NCBI GenBank assembly: GCA_963605025.1
Contig: CAVCSZ010000001.1
Location: forward strand, 18,387-82,386
Direction of reading: 5' to 3'
Length of the DNA stretch: 64,000 bases
Source: a bacterium
GTDB taxonomy: Bacteria; Bacillota_I; Bacilli_A; RFN20; CAG-826
The position numbers and the translations under genes were made by a program. Below the pieces are notes generated by a model that saw only the letters and a list, made by a program, of their open reading frames with translations, made no database searches and was not told the origin of the DNA. Shown here one piece after another: positions 9,903-22,987 of this stretch (positions within the stretch are counted from its first letter, which is position 1; every line of letters starts with the position of its first letter).

Positions 9903-10015
9903 AAGTAATATTTTCCTCCTGATATACTTGCATTTGCAATGATTTAATTTTATAGCATTTTGGTGATAATATCAATATTTTTGTTATTATCACCAATATT
10001 TTTATTTACGCAATA

Positions 10016-12082
10016 TTATTTGCTTGATGCATTCTTGATGATTTCATCTTGAATGAATTTTGGACATTCTCCATAATGTGAGAATTCCATTGTATATGAA
10101 CCTCTACCTTGAGTAAATGAACGTAAATCTGTGACATAACCGAACATTTCTGCTAATGGTACTTCACAGTCAACAATTTTAGCATTTCCTCTTTGAGATT
10201 CACCAGTCATATTACCTCTTCTCTTTGAAATATCTCCAATAACATCACCATAATAATTTTCTGGTACTGTAACTTCAACTTTCATGATAGGTTCTAAGAT
10301 AACTGGTTTACATTTTTTAGCAGCTTCTTTTAAAGCCATAGATGCAGCAATCTTATATGCAGCTTCACTAGAGTCAACATCATGGTAAGAACCATCATGT
10401 AATGTTGCTTTAATATCAATAACTGGATAACCAGCAACTAAACCTCTATTTAAAGCGTCTTCAAGACCTTCTTGTGTAGGTTTGATATATTCCTTAGGAA
10501 TGACACCACCAACAATGCCATTAACGAATTCAAATCCTTTACCTGGATTTGGTTCAAAGTTAATAACAACGTGACCATATTGTCCTCTACCACCAGATTG
10601 TTTAATGTATTTACCTTCACAATCTCCAGTAGCTTTAATAGTTTCACGATAACCAACTTGTGGTTTACCAACATTAACGTTAACGTTGAATTCTCTTCTT
10701 AAACGGTCAACGATAATATCTAAGTGTAATTCACCAACACCTGCGATAATTGTTTGTCCACTTTCTTCATCTGTATGAACTTTAAAAGTTGGATCTTCTT
10801 CAGCAAGTTTTGCTAAAGCAATACCCATTTTATCTTGGTCAGCTTTTGTTTTTGGTTCAACAGCTTCTTCGATAACTGGTTCTGGGAATTCCATTTTTTC
10901 TAATGTAACATCTAAATTTTCGTCACATAAAGTTTCACCAGTTGTAGTTGATTTTAAACCAATAATAGCGCCAATTTCACCAGCGTGTAAAGCTTCAACT
11001 TCTTCACGGTGATTTGAATGCATTAAGACTAAACGTCCAATTCTTTCTTTTTGACCTTTATTACTATTTAAAACATAACTTCCTGATTTTAAAACACCAC
11101 TATAAACACGGACATATGCTAATCTACCAACGAATGGATCTGTAGCAATTTTGAATGCTAAACCAACGAATTTTTCGTTATCATCAGCTTTACAAACATA
11201 TTCAGAACCATCAGCAGTATTTCCTTTAGCTCCTGGGATATCAAGTGGAGATGGTAAGTAATCAATAACACCATCTAATAATAATTGAACACCTTTATTT
11301 TTATAAGCACTTCCGCAGAATACAGGATGGAATGAACCAGTAAGAACAGCTTTTCTAATAACAGCTTTAATTTCTTCAACAGTTGGTTCTTCACCATCTA
11401 AAACTTTCATCATGAAATCATCATCAAAAGCAGCAATTGTTTCAATTAAATCAGCTCTTAATGTTTCACATTTAGATTTATATTCTTCAGGAATTTCAAC
11501 TATTTTTGGATTATCTTTATCAGCAAAATCCCATGCTTCCATTTTAATGATATCAATGACACCACTTAATGTTGATGAGATACCAATAGGATATTGAACT
11601 GGTTTTGCATTAGCTCCTAATTTTTCTTTTAAAGAAGCAACACACATTTCAAAATCAGCACCAATAGCATCTAATTTGTTAACAAAAACGATACGTGGAA
11701 CATTATATTTTGAACCTTGTCTCCAAACAGTTTCTGTTTGTGGTTCAACACCATTTTTACCATCTAAGACAGTGATAGCACCATCTAAAACTCTTAATGA
11801 ACGTTCAACTTCAACAGTAAAATCAACGTGCCCAGGAGTATCAATAATATTGAAACGGTTTTCTTTCCAGAAACATGTTGTAGCAGCACTAGTAATAGTG
11901 ATACCTCTTTCTTGTTCTTGAACCATCCAGTCCATTGTTGCAGCACCTTCGTGAACTTCACCAACTTTATGAATCTTATGTGTAAAATATAAGATACGTT
12001 CTGTAGTTGTAGTTTTACCAGCATCAATGTGAGCCATGATACCGAAGTTTCTAGTATGTGCTAAATCGTATTCTCTTGCCAT
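10016..12082 (-). CDS. fusA: Elongation factor G
   Basis: [24 protein letters not shown]; 688 aa. Confidence 0.99.
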   Translation of the reverse strand: MAREYDLAHTRNFGIMAHIDAGKTTTTERILYFTHKIHKVGEVHEGAATMDWMVQEQERGITITSAATTCFWKENRFNIIDTPGHVDFTVEVERSLRVLDGAITVLDGKNGVEPQTETVWRQGSKYNVPRIVFVNKLDAIGADFEMCVASLKEKLGANAKPVQYPIGISSTLSGVIDIIKMEAWDFADKDNPKIVEIPEEYKSKCETLRADLIETIAAFDDDFMMKVLDGEEPTVEEIKAVIRKAVLTGSFHPVFCGSAYKNKGVQLLLDGVIDYLPSPLDIPGAKGNTADGSEYVCKADDNEKFVGLAFKIATDPFVGRLAYVRVYSGVLKSGSYVLNSNKGQKERIGRLVLMHSNHREEVEALHAGEIGAIIGLKSTTTGETLCDENLDVTLEKMEFPEPVIEEAVEPKTKADQDKMGIALAKLAEEDPTFKVHTDEESGQTIIAGVGELHLDIIVDRLRREFNVNVNVGKPQVGYRETIKATGDCEGKYIKQSGGRGQYGHVVINFEPNPGKGFEFVNGIVGGVIPKEYIKPTQEGLEDALNRGLVAGYPVIDIKATLHDGSYHDVDSSEAAYKIAASMALKEAAKKCKPVILEPIMKVEVTVPENYYGDVIGDISKRRGNMTGESQRGNAKIVDCEVPLAEMFGYVTDLRSFTQGRGSYTMEFSHYGECPKFIQDEIIKNASSK

Positions 12083-12096
12083 AAATATTACCTATA

Positions 12097-12567
12097 TTAC
12101 CATTTATAATGAGCATAAGCTTTATTAGCTTCAGCCATTTTATGAACATCTTCTCTTTTCTTAACAGAACCACCTGTTCCGTTTGCAGCATCAATAATTT
12201 CGTTGCAAAGTTTATCTTCCATAGATTTTTCTTTTCTTAATCTTGAATAAGAAACTAACCATCTTAAACCTAAAGTAACTTTTCTTTCTGCAGAAACTTC
12301 AGTTGGAACTTGATAGTTTGCACCACCAACTCTTTTAGCTTTTAATTCAACTTCTGGCATGATATTGTTCATTGCTGTAGCAAAAACATCCATAGCAGGT
12401 TTTTTTGTTTTTTCTTCAATTTTATTGAAAGCGTTATAAAGAATAGTTTGAGCTGTTCCTTTTTTACCATCTAACATTAATCTATTAACTAATCTAGTAA
12501 CTAATTTTGATTTATAAATTGGATCTGGTAAAACGTCTCTTTTAATTGTAGTACCTTTTCTAGACAT
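12097..12567 (-). CDS. rpsG: 30S ribosomal protein S7
   Basis: 156 aa, typical S7 sequence; lies between rpsL and fusA. Confidence 0.98.
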   Translation of the reverse strand: MSRKGTTIKRDVLPDPIYKSKLVTRLVNRLMLDGKKGTAQTILYNAFNKIEEKTKKPAMDVFATAMNNIMPEVELKAKRVGGANYQVPTEVSAERKVTLGLRWLVSYSRLRKEKSMEDKLCNEIIDAANGTGGSVKKREDVHKMAEANKAYAHYKW

Positions 12568-12578
12568 ATCTTTCCTCC

Positions 12579-13001
12579 CTATTCACTCTTTGTTTTTGGT
12601 TTTTTAGTACCATATAAAGATCTACCTTGTCTACGTGATTCAATACCAGCGCAGTCTAATGTACCTCTAATAATATGATATCTAACACCAGGAAGATCCT
12701 TAACTCTTCCTCCTCTAATCATAACTGTTGAGTGTTCTTGTAAGTTATGACCTTCACCACCAATATAAGCAGTGACTTCATATCCGTTTGAAAGCTTGAC
12801 TCTTGCGTATTTTCTTAAAGCTGAGTTTGGCTTCTTAGGTGTCATTGTACCAACACGGGTACAGACTCCTCTTTTTTGTGCACTATTTTGATCTGTTTCT
12901 TTCTTTGTTAATGAATTGTATCTTTTTAATAATGCAGGTGCTTTTGATTTAAAAGTAGTTTTGCTTCTACCTTGTCTAACTAATTGATTTATAGTTGGCA
13001 T
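12579..13001 (-). CDS. rpsL: 30S ribosomal protein S12
   Basis: Track ORF trimmed to [12 protein letters not shown] (ATG at 13001), preceded by GGAGGAG. The extra 14 codons in the track cover a leader hairpin. Confidence 0.97.
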   Translation of the reverse strand: MPTINQLVRQGRSKTTFKSKAPALLKRYNSLTKKETDQNSAQKRGVCTRVGTMTPKKPNSALRKYARVKLSNGYEVTAYIGGEGHNLQEHSTVMIRGGRVKDLPGVRYHIIRGTLDCAGIESRRQGRSLYGTKKPKTKSE

Positions 13002-13078
13002 CTTTCTCCTCCATAATTCACACCGACCCCGGTGTTTCAACATACCGCTAAAAAAAATAAAATTTTTAGCCGTTTTTA

Positions 13079-13108
13079 ATTATAATTTAATTTATTATAA
13101 AAAGTCAA
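13079..13108 (-). promoter_or_regulatory. Putative promoter of the rpsL-rpsG-fusA(-tuf) operon
   Basis: Minus strand reads TTGACT (13108-13103), 18-nt spacer, TATAAT (13084-13079). Confidence 0.5.
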
Positions 13109-13152
13109 ATATTTTTGTGTAAATATTGATTAAAATCTAATATACTTTTATT

Positions 13153-13611
13153 ATGAAAGAAGAAAAAGAATTATATTACAATTTTTTAAATTTATTTTTA
13201 ACTGAAAATTTAAATGTAACTACAATAAAATTAATTACATTGTTAAATGTTAGTAAAGCTACATTTTACTCCAAATTTAATGATAAAGAAGATTTTATAC
13301 AGAACTTTTTTGATTATATTTTAGAGCCTATTTACAATAAAAGAAGAATGATTATCGATTATTATGAATTTGATTATATAGTAAAAGAAATTAATAAACT
13401 TATATATGATAAAATTTCTAAGTATAAAATTGATATAAAGAATTTAGAAAAGAATTTAGAAACTTATCATTCAATTGTGTATTTAAAATACGGTAGATTA
13501 ATACTTCTTAATTATATTTCAAGAAAAACATTTGTAAATAATGAATTAGTTTCAACTGAAACTATTATTGAAGAAGGGTATAATTCGTTATTAAGCAAAA
13601 TAATAAAATAA
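13153..13611 (+). CDS. Short TetR/AcrR-like HTH protein
   Basis: NVTTIKLITLLNVSKATFYSKFNDKEDFIQNFFDY matches the TetR N-terminal HTH pattern (xxTvxxIaxxagvSxxTfYxhFxdKedL). Only 152 aa. Confidence 0.5.
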   Translation: MKEEKELYYNFLNLFLTENLNVTTIKLITLLNVSKATFYSKFNDKEDFIQNFFDYILEPIYNKRRMIIDYYEFDYIVKEINKLIYDKISKYKIDIKNLEKNLETYHSIVYLKYGRLILLNYISRKTFVNNELVSTETIIEEGYNSLLSKIIK

Positions 13612-13641
13612 AAATGGATTATTTGCATAATCCATTTTTTT
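13609..13641. terminator. Bidirectional terminator (TetR-like gene / rpoC)
   Basis: ATGGATTAT-ttgc-ATAATCCAT flanked by A5 and T7. Confidence 0.8.
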
Positions 13642-13643
13642 AA

Positions 13644-16600
13644 TTATTCTTCTGAAGTTTCTACTTTTTCTTCAACTTGTTCATTATTTTCTTCAACAAG
13701 AGTTTTCTTAATGTATAAATTTTGTGTTACTAATGATTCGAAATCATCATATTTATGTTCAGCTTTAATTTCTTCTTCTGTTTCAGAATTTTTATCATGA
13801 ACACCAATGTAATGACCTTTAACTTCACTCATTGCATCTATAACATTAAATTTAGATAATTTTTCAGCTTCAACGCTAGTATCGAGTAAACCTCTTCCTG
13901 CAGGAATTAATTTACCTGTAATAACGTTTTCTTTTAAACCATGTAAAGGATCAATTTTGCCTTTAATAGCAGCATCTGTTAAAACACGAGTTGTTTCTTG
14001 GAATGAAGCGCTTGATAAGAATGAATCTGTTTCTAATGCAGCTTTTGTAATACCTAAAATTAAAGGTTTACAACATGCTGGATTTTTACCATTTAATAAT
14101 GCTTCTTTATTCTTTTCAGTAAATTCATTAATAGATACTTTTGTACCACTAATTAAATCAGTATCTCCACTATCAATAATTAAGACTTTTCTTAACATTT
14201 GTTTAACGATAACTTCGATATGCTTATCTGAAATTCCAATACCTTGTAAGCTATAAACTTTTTGAACTTCTTTAATGATATAATCAGAAACAGATTTTGG
14301 ATCACTAACTTCTAATAATTTTTTAGGAGCAATAGCACCTTCAGATATCTTAGAACCATTAAATACATGATCGCCTTCTTTGACTCTTAATCTAGCACCA
14401 TAGAGAGTTTTAACTGTTCTTTCATCTTTATCATTTTTAACAGTAACATGATAGAAACCATTTTCTTCTCTAATTTCAGTAACAGTTCCTTCAATTTCAG
14501 AAATTGTAGCTTCACCTTTAGGATTTCTAGCTTCAAATAATTCTTGAACTCTAGGTAAACCTTGAGTAATATCTTCACCACTTGCGACACCACCAGTATG
14601 GAAAGTACGCATTGTTAATTGGGTACCAGGTTCACCAATTGATTGAGCAGCCATAATACCAACAGCTTCGCCTTTTTCAACTAATTTACCTGTAGCTAAG
14701 TTTCTACCATAACAATGTTGACAGACACCATTTTCAGTTCTACATCCAAATAAAGATCTAATTTCAACTTCTTTAATTCCTGCTTCACAAATTCTAGCAG
14801 CAATATCTTCATCAATTAAAGTATTGCCTTCGCAAAGAATTTCTCCAGTTTCAGGATGTATAATGTCATGGCAACTATATCTACCAACTAAACGAGTTTC
14901 AAGTTTTTCAATAATTTGATTTTGAGAAGTATCAACAATCTCTCTAACAATTGTACCATGATCAGTATGACAATCTTCTTCTCTAACAATAACATCTTGA
15001 GAAACATCAACTAATCTTCTAGTTAAATAACCAGAGTCAGCTGTTTTTAAAGCAGTATCAGCACCACCCTTACGAGCACCGTGAGTACCAGTAAAGAATT
15101 CAGAAACATTTAATCCATCTCTAAAACATGATTTAACTGGGATTTCAATAGTATCTCCAGAAGCAGAACCCATTAAACCTCTCATACCCATTAATTGAGT
15201 ATAGTTAGATTTACTACCACGGGCACCAGAATTCCACATAATATATAATGGATTTCTAGTATCTTCTTTTAATACAGTTTCAACTTCATCACCGACTTCA
15301 CTATTAATCTTACTCCAAACGTCAACAACTTTTTGGTGTCTTTCTTGATCAGTTAATAAGCCTTTTTCAAATAAACTTTCGATTCTCTTAACTTGTTCAT
15401 CACCTTTTTTAACTAATGCGTCTTTTGTTGGAACATTACTAATATCACTATAAGCAACAGTTAATCCTGAAATTGTTGAATATTTATAACCATAATCTTT
15501 AATCTTATCAAGGATAGCACTTGTTTTCATAGTTCCATATCTATGATAAATATTATTAATTAATTTAGTAATATGCTTTTTAGCGATAGGTTCTTTACAA
15601 GGTAAATTCTTAATATATTCCTTAATATTTGTACCTTTTTTAACAAAATCAGAATCTAAATTTGCAATTAAATTTTCTTCTTTATTTGAGTTAATATAAG
15701 GGAAATCTTTTGGGAAAATTAAGTTGAATATAATTTTACCAATTGTTGTAACAACATAACAATTTTCTTGTTCTGGAGTAAAACATGTTTTTCTTAAAGC
15801 TTTTGCAGGTAAAGCAATTCTATTATGTAAATGTACTTTTCCCATTTCATAATATTTTAAAGCTTCATCGATATCTTTATATACTTTTCCTTCCATAGCA
15901 ATGAAACTTAAGTATTTTTCAGATTCTTCTTTATCTACATCTTTATATTTTTCAGCTTTCTTTTCAAATTCTTTAGCATCAGCTTCCATTGTTAAATAAT
16001 AGTTACCAATTAAGATATCTTGAGAAGGAGTAACAATAGGTTTTCCATCTTTTGGAGCAAGAATATTATTACTTGCAAGCATTAAATTAATTGCTTCTTC
16101 TTGTGCTGCTTTACTTAATGGAACGTGGACAGCCATTTGGTCACCATCGAAGTCTGCGTTGAATCCACTACAAACTAATGGGTGTAAACGGATTGCTCTT
16201 CCTTCAACTAAAACAGGTTGGAAAGCTTGAATACCAAGTCTATGTAATGTAGGAGCACGGTTTAATAATACTGGGTGATGAGAAACAATTCTTTCAACAA
16301 TATCATAAACATCTTTATCTTTATTATCGATTTTTTTATCTGCTTGACGATTAACATTACAATAACCTTCATCAATTAAAATAGCAGCAATAAATGGTCT
16401 AAATAAATTAATTGCCATTTCACGTGGTAATCCACATTGATAAATTTTTAATTTTGGTCCAATTGCAATAACACTACGTCCGGAATAATCAACTCTCTTT
16501 CCGAGTAAATTTTGTCTAAATCTTCCAGGTTTACCTTTTAATGCAGCACTTAATGATTTTAATGGTCTTCCGTTAGGTCCAGTGACAGGTTTACCATTTC

Positions 16601-17642
16601 TTCTACCATTATCAATTAAAGCATCAACTGCTTCTTGAATCATACGTTTTTCATTAATAATCATAACTTGTGGAGCATTTCTTTCAATAAATGTCTTTAA
16701 ACGATTATTTTTAGTAATAATTCTACGATATAATTCATTAACATCGCTAGCAGCAAATCTTCCACCATCAAGTTGTAACATAGGTCTTAAATCTGGTGGA
16801 ATAACTGGTAAATAATCAAGAATCATCCATTCAGGTTTATTTCCACTCTTAATAAAAGCATCAAAAACTTCTAATCGCTTTGTTATTTTTATTAAATTTT
16901 GACCTTTAGCTGTTTTAATATCATTATTTAATTTATTAAATTCTTCTTCTAATTTTACTTCTTTTAATAAGATTTTAATAGCTTCAGCACCTTCACCAAA
17001 TTCAGCACCTGTTTGTTTAGATATAAAATTTGCACATGTATAATAATCAAATGGGATATTATTATTTTCAAGATTTTCTAATAAATTTTGAGCTTTTTTA
17101 ATATCATATCCATCTGGATCACTTTCATTTAATGAACTGATAATTTCACCAATACATAATTTAAATTTTTCTCTACCAATATGATCGTCTAAAACTTCTT
17201 TATATTCAATTGAAGTACAGCTTCCAGGATTTAAACAAATATGAGAACTGAAATAAACAACTTCTTCTAATTGTTTTGGAGGAACATCTAATATTAAGGA
17301 CATTCTTGAAGGAACACCTTTTAAATACCAAATATGAGATACAGGACATGCTAAATGGATATGTCCCATTCTTTCTCTTCTTACTTCTTTAGAAATAACT
17401 TCAACGCCACATTTTTCACAAACAACACCAGCATAACGACTTTTTTTGTATTTACCACAATGACATTCGTAATCCTTACTAGGACCAAATATTTTTTCGC
17501 AAAATAAACCATCAGTTTCTGGTTTTTGACTACGATAATTTATAGTTTCTGGTTTAGTAACCTCACCATGTGAAATTTGAATAATTTTTTCTGGTGAAAA
17601 AAGTTTAATACCAATACTACTTAATTCATTTACATCAAACAT
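13644..17642 (-). CDS. rpoC: DNA-directed RNA polymerase subunit beta-prime
   Basis: [12 protein letters not shown] catalytic motif and the Zn-finger CHCGKY...CEKCGVEV. 1332 aa with an acidic C-terminal tail. Confidence 0.99.
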   Translation of the reverse strand: MFDVNELSSIGIKLFSPEKIIQISHGEVTKPETINYRSQKPETDGLFCEKIFGPSKDYECHCGKYKKSRYAGVVCEKCGVEVISKEVRRERMGHIHLACPVSHIWYLKGVPSRMSLILDVPPKQLEEVVYFSSHICLNPGSCTSIEYKEVLDDHIGREKFKLCIGEIISSLNESDPDGYDIKKAQNLLENLENNNIPFDYYTCANFISKQTGAEFGEGAEAIKILLKEVKLEEEFNKLNNDIKTAKGQNLIKITKRLEVFDAFIKSGNKPEWMILDYLPVIPPDLRPMLQLDGGRFAASDVNELYRRIITKNNRLKTFIERNAPQVMIINEKRMIQEAVDALIDNGRRNGKPVTGPNGRPLKSLSAALKGKPGRFRQNLLGKRVDYSGRSVIAIGPKLKIYQCGLPREMAINLFRPFIAAILIDEGYCNVNRQADKKIDNKDKDVYDIVERIVSHHPVLLNRAPTLHRLGIQAFQPVLVEGRAIRLHPLVCSGFNADFDGDQMAVHVPLSKAAQEEAINLMLASNNILAPKDGKPIVTPSQDILIGNYYLTMEADAKEFEKKAEKYKDVDKEESEKYLSFIAMEGKVYKDIDEALKYYEMGKVHLHNRIALPAKALRKTCFTPEQENCYVVTTIGKIIFNLIFPKDFPYINSNKEENLIANLDSDFVKKGTNIKEYIKNLPCKEPIAKKHITKLINNIYHRYGTMKTSAILDKIKDYGYKYSTISGLTVAYSDISNVPTKDALVKKGDEQVKRIESLFEKGLLTDQERHQKVVDVWSKINSEVGDEVETVLKEDTRNPLYIMWNSGARGSKSNYTQLMGMRGLMGSASGDTIEIPVKSCFRDGLNVSEFFTGTHGARKGGADTALKTADSGYLTRRLVDVSQDVIVREEDCHTDHGTIVREIVDTSQNQIIEKLETRLVGRYSCHDIIHPETGEILCEGNTLIDEDIAARICEAGIKEVEIRSLFGCRTENGVCQHCYGRNLATGKLVEKGEAVGIMAAQSIGEPGTQLTMRTFHTGGVASGEDITQGLPRVQELFEARNPKGEATISEIEGTVTEIREENGFYHVTVKNDKDERTVKTLYGARLRVKEGDHVFNGSKISEGAIAPKKLLEVSDPKSVSDYIIKEVQKVYSLQGIGISDKHIEVIVKQMLRKVLIIDSGDTDLISGTKVSINEFTEKNKEALLNGKNPACCKPLILGITKAALETDSFLSSASFQETTRVLTDAAIKGKIDPLHGLKENVITGKLIPAGRGLLDTSVEAEKLSKFNVIDAMSEVKGHYIGVHDKNSETEEEIKAEHKYDDFESLVTQNLYIKKTLVEENNEQVEEKVETSEE

Positions 17643-17653
17643 ATCATATCTCC

Positions 17654-20600
17654 TTAAAATTCACCATCAATTTTATCTTCTAAAGATACATTATCAAAAT
17701 CTAAAAGATCATCATTAGAATAATCTTTATCATCAGGATCATTTTTCTTTAAATTTCTATTTGCTCTTTGTTCTTCTTTTAAAGAATCTCTTGAAATAGC
17801 ATCCATATCAATTACTTCATTATTTTTGTTATATAAAGTAACATCTAATGCTAATCCTTGTAATTCTTTAACTAAAACTTTAAATGCTTCAGGAATTGAT
17901 GGAGTAGGTAAAGTCTTATGTTGAGTGATAGCTTCATATGTTCTTCTTCTACCAACTCTATCATCTGATTTTACAGTCATCATTTCTTGTAATGTATATG
18001 CAGCACCATAAGCTTCTAATGCCCAAACTTCCATTTCACCAAATCTTTGACCACCGTTTTGTGCTTTACCACCTAAAGGTTGTTGTGTAACTAAAGAATA
18101 TGGACCAGTAGCACGAGCATGTAATTTATCATCAACCATGTGAACAAGTTTAATCATATACATGACACCAACGTTAATTCTATTATCGAATTTTTCGCCA
18201 GTTCTTCCATCATAAAGTGTATATTTACCATCATCAGGACATTTAGCGTCTTTCATCATTTCTTTTATTTCATCATTTGAAATACCATCGAAAACAGGTG
18301 TAGCAATCTTTACATTACCAAGATTTTTACATGCCATACCTAAATGAACTTCTAAAATTTGTCCGATATTCATACGTGAAGGAACACCTTGAGGATTTAA
18401 TAAAATATCAACTGGTGTACCATCTTCCATGAAAGGCATATCTTCTTGAGGAACAATTCTTGAAATAACACCTTTATTACCATGTCTTCCTGACATTTTA
18501 TCACCTTCAGAAATTTTACGTTTTTGAACGATATAAACTCTGATTTTTTCGTTAACACCAGGTGATAATTCATCTTTATTTTCTTTATTAAATACTTTAA
18601 CTGCTAAAACTGTTCCAGCTCCACCATGAGGAACTCTTAAAGAAGTATCTTTTCCTTCTTTTGAACGGTCTCCGAAAATTGCGTCTAAAAGTTTTTGATC
18701 TGGTGATGATTCACTTTGTCCTTTTGGAGTAACTTTACCAACAAGGATATCACCTTCTTTAACATCAGTACCAACTACAACAATACCTCTTGAATCAAGA
18801 TTTGCTTTAGTTTTATCTCCAACATTAGGAACATCTGGAGTAATAATTTCTTTACCATTTTTAGTTTCACGGCATTCAACATCATATGATTCAATATGAA
18901 TACTTGTATAAACATCTTCTTTAACTAATCTATCGCTCATAATAACAGCGTCTTCATAGTTATATCCTTCCCAAGTCATGAAAGCAACGACGACATTTTG
19001 TCCTAAAGCTAAATCTCCATTTTCCATAGAAGGACCATTAGCGATAATATCACCTTTTTTAATTTTTTGTCCTAATTTACAATTAGCAACTTGATTTATA
19101 CATGTTCCACCATTACTTCTTGAGAATTTTTGTAATTCATAAATTCTTTCACCATCACTTTCTTTAATTTTGATAGTTTTTGAATCTAAATAAGTAACAA
19201 CACCATCGTTAACAGCTATAACAGCTAAACCACAGTCGTGTGCAATCTTATTTTCTAAACCAGTACCAACTAAAGGAGCATGAGGTTTTAATAAAGGTAA
19301 AGCTTGTCTTTGCATGTTAGCACCCATTAAAGCACGGTGGTTATCATCATTTTCAAGGAATGGAATACATGCAGTAGCAACAGAAACAATTTGCATTGGT
19401 GCTTCATCAATGTATTCAACATCTTCTTTGTTTGCTAAGATATTTTTACCATTATATCTTGAGACAACTTTATCACCATATAAATAGCCATCTTTAATAT
19501 CATCTCTAGTTGCTTGAGCAATATAATGATTGTTTTCATCATCTGCAGATAAATATTCTGTAGTTTCAGAAATTTTTCCAGTTTTACCATCAACTACTCT
19601 ATAAGGAGTTTGAATAAAACCATATTTATCAATTTTAGCATATGTAGCTAAATTGTTAATTAAACCAATGTTTTGTCCTTCAGGTGTTTCAATAGGACAA
19701 ATACGTCCATAGTGAGTAAAGTGAACATCACGAACTTCCATAGAAGCTCTATCACGAGTTAAACCACCAGGACCTAAAGCAGAAATTCTTCTCTTATTAG
19801 CAAGTTCTGCTAAAGGGTTAGTTTGATCCATAAATTGAGATAATTGAGAACTTGCAAAGAAATCTTTAACAGCACTAGTTAAAGGTCTAATATTAATTAA
19901 ATCTTTAGGTGTAATTTCTTTTCTTGGTTCTTGAGTATTTATAGAATTAATTGTTGTCATTTTTTGTACAACATTTTTAGCCATTTTAGTTAATCCAATT
20001 CTAAATTGAGATTGAATTAATTCACCAACACATCTAATTCTTCTGTTGCTTAAATTATCAATATCGTCAGTTTTTCCAAAACCATCTTGTAAATTGATGA
20101 AATATGAGAAAATTGCAACAATATCAGAAATTGTAACTCTACTAATTTTTAAATTTAAATCAGTACCAATAATATTACTAATTACATTTTTACCATTAGA
20201 ATCTTTATTTGGTGAATAAACTTTAACAATGTTAACTATACTATTTGTATCTAATTTTTCATTAACTTTTAAATTAAATTCGTGAGCACCTTTTTCAAAG
20301 AATTCTTCATCTTTTAATTGATCAACAATTTCTTTTGTTAATAATGTTCCTGCTTCATATTTAACTTCACCATTAGCGTCAACTAAATCTTCAGCTAAAA
20401 CTCTATTTTCTAATCGATTGTAAATACCTAATTTAATTTTGTATTTAAATCTACCAGCTTTTCCTAAATCATAACGTTTTTCATCAAAGAATTTTTGAAT
20501 AATAAATTCATGTGCACCTTCATCAGTTAAAGGTTCACCTGGTCTTAATTTAGTGAAAATTGTTTTTAAACAATTTAATGAATTAGCTGTTGATCCATCT

Positions 20601-21298
20601 CCACTTCCATCTTTTGGTGTATCTTTTTCAATAGTTGCTAATAAATTTTCGCGTTCACCAAAAAGATTAATAATATCATTTTCTTTATCAAAACCTAAAG
20701 CTTTTAAGAAAATAGTAGCAAGCATCTTCTTTTGACGATCGATTCTTACCCATAAAATTCCTTTTGAATCAGTTTCAAATTCTAACCATGTTCCTCTTGA
20801 AGGAATAAGATCAGCATTATATATATTTTTACCAGCTTTAACATCAAAAGTTTTACTTAAATAAGCACCTGGAGATCTAACAATTTGTGAAACAATAACT
20901 CTTTCAGCACCATTTACAATAAAAGTTCCACTTTCAGTCATTAATGGAATATCACCCATGAATACATCACTACTGATGATTTGTCCGCCGTTATTTTTAT
21001 CTACTAATGATAAAGTTGCTGTTAATGGAGCACTGTAAGTTTTATCTTTTTCTTTACATTGTAAATATGTAAAAGCAGGTTTTTCTAATTTAGAACTTAC
21101 ATAATTTAAAATCATTGATTCATTATGATTGCTAATTGGAAAAACATCTTTTAAAACTTCATCAATTCCACTTTCTAAGAATAATTTGTATGAATCAGTT
21201 TGAATTTCACAAAGATAAGGAAGGTCTAAAGTTCCACCAATCTTTGAAAAATTAATACGATCATTATTTAATTTTGGATAATCTTTATAAGATTTCAT
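17654..21298 (-). CDS. rpoB: DNA-directed RNA polymerase subunit beta
   Basis: 1214 aa; conserved GRHGNKGV and [13 protein letters not shown] motifs. Confidence 0.99.
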   Translation of the reverse strand: MKSYKDYPKLNNDRINFSKIGGTLDLPYLCEIQTDSYKLFLESGIDEVLKDVFPISNHNESMILNYVSSKLEKPAFTYLQCKEKDKTYSAPLTATLSLVDKNNGGQIISSDVFMGDIPLMTESGTFIVNGAERVIVSQIVRSPGAYLSKTFDVKAGKNIYNADLIPSRGTWLEFETDSKGILWVRIDRQKKMLATIFLKALGFDKENDIINLFGERENLLATIEKDTPKDGSGDGSTANSLNCLKTIFTKLRPGEPLTDEGAHEFIIQKFFDEKRYDLGKAGRFKYKIKLGIYNRLENRVLAEDLVDANGEVKYEAGTLLTKEIVDQLKDEEFFEKGAHEFNLKVNEKLDTNSIVNIVKVYSPNKDSNGKNVISNIIGTDLNLKISRVTISDIVAIFSYFINLQDGFGKTDDIDNLSNRRIRCVGELIQSQFRIGLTKMAKNVVQKMTTINSINTQEPRKEITPKDLINIRPLTSAVKDFFASSQLSQFMDQTNPLAELANKRRISALGPGGLTRDRASMEVRDVHFTHYGRICPIETPEGQNIGLINNLATYAKIDKYGFIQTPYRVVDGKTGKISETTEYLSADDENNHYIAQATRDDIKDGYLYGDKVVSRYNGKNILANKEDVEYIDEAPMQIVSVATACIPFLENDDNHRALMGANMQRQALPLLKPHAPLVGTGLENKIAHDCGLAVIAVNDGVVTYLDSKTIKIKESDGERIYELQKFSRSNGGTCINQVANCKLGQKIKKGDIIANGPSMENGDLALGQNVVVAFMTWEGYNYEDAVIMSDRLVKEDVYTSIHIESYDVECRETKNGKEIITPDVPNVGDKTKANLDSRGIVVVGTDVKEGDILVGKVTPKGQSESSPDQKLLDAIFGDRSKEGKDTSLRVPHGGAGTVLAVKVFNKENKDELSPGVNEKIRVYIVQKRKISEGDKMSGRHGNKGVISRIVPQEDMPFMEDGTPVDILLNPQGVPSRMNIGQILEVHLGMACKNLGNVKIATPVFDGISNDEIKEMMKDAKCPDDGKYTLYDGRTGEKFDNRINVGVMYMIKLVHMVDDKLHARATGPYSLVTQQPLGGKAQNGGQRFGEMEVWALEAYGAAYTLQEMMTVKSDDRVGRRRTYEAITQHKTLPTPSIPEAFKVLVKELQGLALDVTLYNKNNEVIDMDAISRDSLKEEQRANRNLKKNDPDDKDYSNDDLLDFDNVSLEDKIDGEF

Positions 21299-21314
21299 TT
21301 TCTCACTCCTTTAA

Positions 21315-21905
21315 TTAATAATTACTAATAATAAAATATCCCTTTTCTTTATTAATTATCTCAACATTCTCGAACAAAGAACAAAGATATTTTTCATGTG
21401 ATAACGCTCCTTTATCTTTGCGTATCACAATAAGTAGTTTGCCATTTTCATTAAGATGTTCTTTTGATTCGTTGTATAGATTAAAACAAACTTCTTTTCC
21501 ACATGATATCGGTGAATTTAAGAAAATATAATCATATTTCTTATTAATATTTTTAAATCCATCACTAACATATGTTTCAGACTCAATTTGATTTAATTTT
21601 AATCCTTGCTTAACTAAATCAATACAATAATTATTGATATCACTAAATTCAATATTTAAATTTTCATTAAACACTTTTTTTAATGAAATACCAATAATTC
21701 CATTACCGCATCCTAAATCAAGAGCATTTCCTTTTAAAGGTAGAGTAACGAGAGTTTTGATAAAAATACTTGTTCCTAAATCAACTCTATATTTAGAGAA
21801 TGTCCCTTTATCGCTAACAACCTTTACTTTATATTCCAAAATATCATATTCAATAATTTTTGGATTTTTAATTAGAGTTGAATCTTCTATAAAGTAATGG
21901 CTCAT
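21315..21905 (-). CDS. Class I SAM-dependent methyltransferase, YbxB/RsmC small-domain type
   Basis: LDLGCGNGIIG SAM motif. Sits between rplL and rpoB exactly like B. subtilis ybxB. Motif IV reads NSPIS rather than NPPI/F. Confidence 0.7.
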   Translation of the reverse strand: MSHYFIEDSTLIKNPKIIEYDILEYKVKVVSDKGTFSKYRVDLGTSIFIKTLVTLPLKGNALDLGCGNGIIGISLKKVFNENLNIEFSDINNYCIDLVKQGLKLNQIESETYVSDGFKNINKKYDYIFLNSPISCGKEVCFNLYNESKEHLNENGKLLIVIRKDKGALSHEKYLCSLFENVEIINKEKGYFIISNY

Positions 21906-21925
21906 TTTCTCCCTCCTGTAAATAG

Positions 21926-21964
21926 GTAAAAACCTGCCTAAAGCAAATTTAGCTTTAGACAGGC
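21926..21964 (-). terminator. Terminator/attenuator between rplL and ybxB-like-rpoB
   Basis: Minus strand reads CCTGTCTAAAGC-taaattt-GCTTTAGGCAGG followed by TTTTTAC. Confidence 0.7.
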
Positions 21965-21984
21965 AAGATTTCTATTTAGAAAAA

Positions 21985-22359
21985 CTATTTAATTTCAACT
22001 TCAGCACCTGCAGCAACAAGAGCTTTCTTATGTTCTTCTGCTTCAACTGGTGAAATTTTTTCTTTAATTGGAGCTGGTGCGCTATCAACTAATTTTTTAG
22101 CTTCCATTAAACCTAAGCCTGTAATAGCTTGAACAGCTTTAATGACACCGACTTTGCTTCCGCCAACAGCTTTTAAAATTAATGAAACTTCTGCTGGTCC
22201 TTTTGCTGCTTCTTCTTCTGCTGGAGCAGCGCCAACTGCTACAGGAGCAGCTGCTGTAACACCGAATTCTTCTTCGATTGCTTTTACTAAATCATTTAAT
22301 TCGACAACTGTCATTTCTTTAACAGCTGCGATAATTTCTTCATTTGTTAATTTTGCCAT
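21985..22359 (-). CDS. rplL: 50S ribosomal protein L7/L12
   Basis: 124 aa, Ala-rich hinge, C-terminal [14 protein letters not shown]. Confidence 0.98.
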   Translation of the reverse strand: MAKLTNEEIIAAVKEMTVVELNDLVKAIEEEFGVTAAAPVAVGAAPAEEEAAKGPAEVSLILKAVGGSKVGVIKAVQAITGLGLMEAKKLVDSAPAPIKEKISPVEAEEHKKALVAAGAEVEIK

Positions 22360-22388
22360 TTTTAATTTCCTCCGTATATTTATAGCAA

Positions 22389-22874
22389 TTATTTCTTACT
22401 AGCAACTTGATCTAAGCTGTAAGCAAGATTTCTCATAGGAGCTTGTAATACGCTTAATAACATAGAAACAAGTCCTTCTTTTGATGGTAAATTTGCGATA
22501 GTCTTGATGTATGCTTCATCTTGAACTTTAGAATCAATAATACCACCTTTAATCTTTAAGCATTCATAGCGTTTAGCAAATTTTGCTAATTGTTTTAAAG
22601 AACCGTTAGTTGGATCTTTTAAGAAAACGAACATATTTGGTCCACTTAAATATTCATCTAATTCTTTAAAACTTTCTGCTGTTGCACGACTTACTAATGA
22701 ATTTTTTAAAACACTGCAGTGTGCATCAAGTTTTGTTAATTCTCTTTTAATAGTAGAAACTTCAGCAACTGTTAATCCACGATATTCGCAAACAACAACG
22801 CCTTGTGAATCACTAACTAAGTCTTTAACTTGAGAAACAACAACTTCTTTTTGTTTTAAGATTTCTTGATTCAT
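22389..22874 (-). CDS. rplJ: 50S ribosomal protein L10
   Basis: 161 aa; position and sequence are typical. Confidence 0.95.
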   Translation of the reverse strand: MNQEILKQKEVVVSQVKDLVSDSQGVVVCEYRGLTVAEVSTIKRELTKLDAHCSVLKNSLVSRATAESFKELDEYLSGPNMFVFLKDPTNGSLKQLAKFAKRYECLKIKGGIIDSKVQDEAYIKTIANLPSKEGLVSMLLSVLQAPMRNLAYSLDQVASKK

Positions 22875-22879
22875 TTTTC

Positions 22880-22975
22880 CCTCCTTATATATTTGAGGAT
22901 AATATACATAAGGTTTTTACCTCGGTAACATAATTAAGGTTTCCCCGTTACTGTCTTAGGTATATATCCTACTAA
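22880..22975 (-). promoter_or_regulatory. Probable ribosomal protein L10 leader (rplJ 5' UTR autoregulatory RNA)
   Basis: Minus strand reads ...CCTAAGACAGTAAC-GGGGAAACCTTAATTAT-GTTACCGAGGT.... The AGACAG/stem/CCGAGG arrangement matches my recollection of the Firmicute L10 leader. It has the correct position between rplA and rplJ. Confidence 0.55.
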
Positions 22976-22987
22976 ATAAATTAATAA

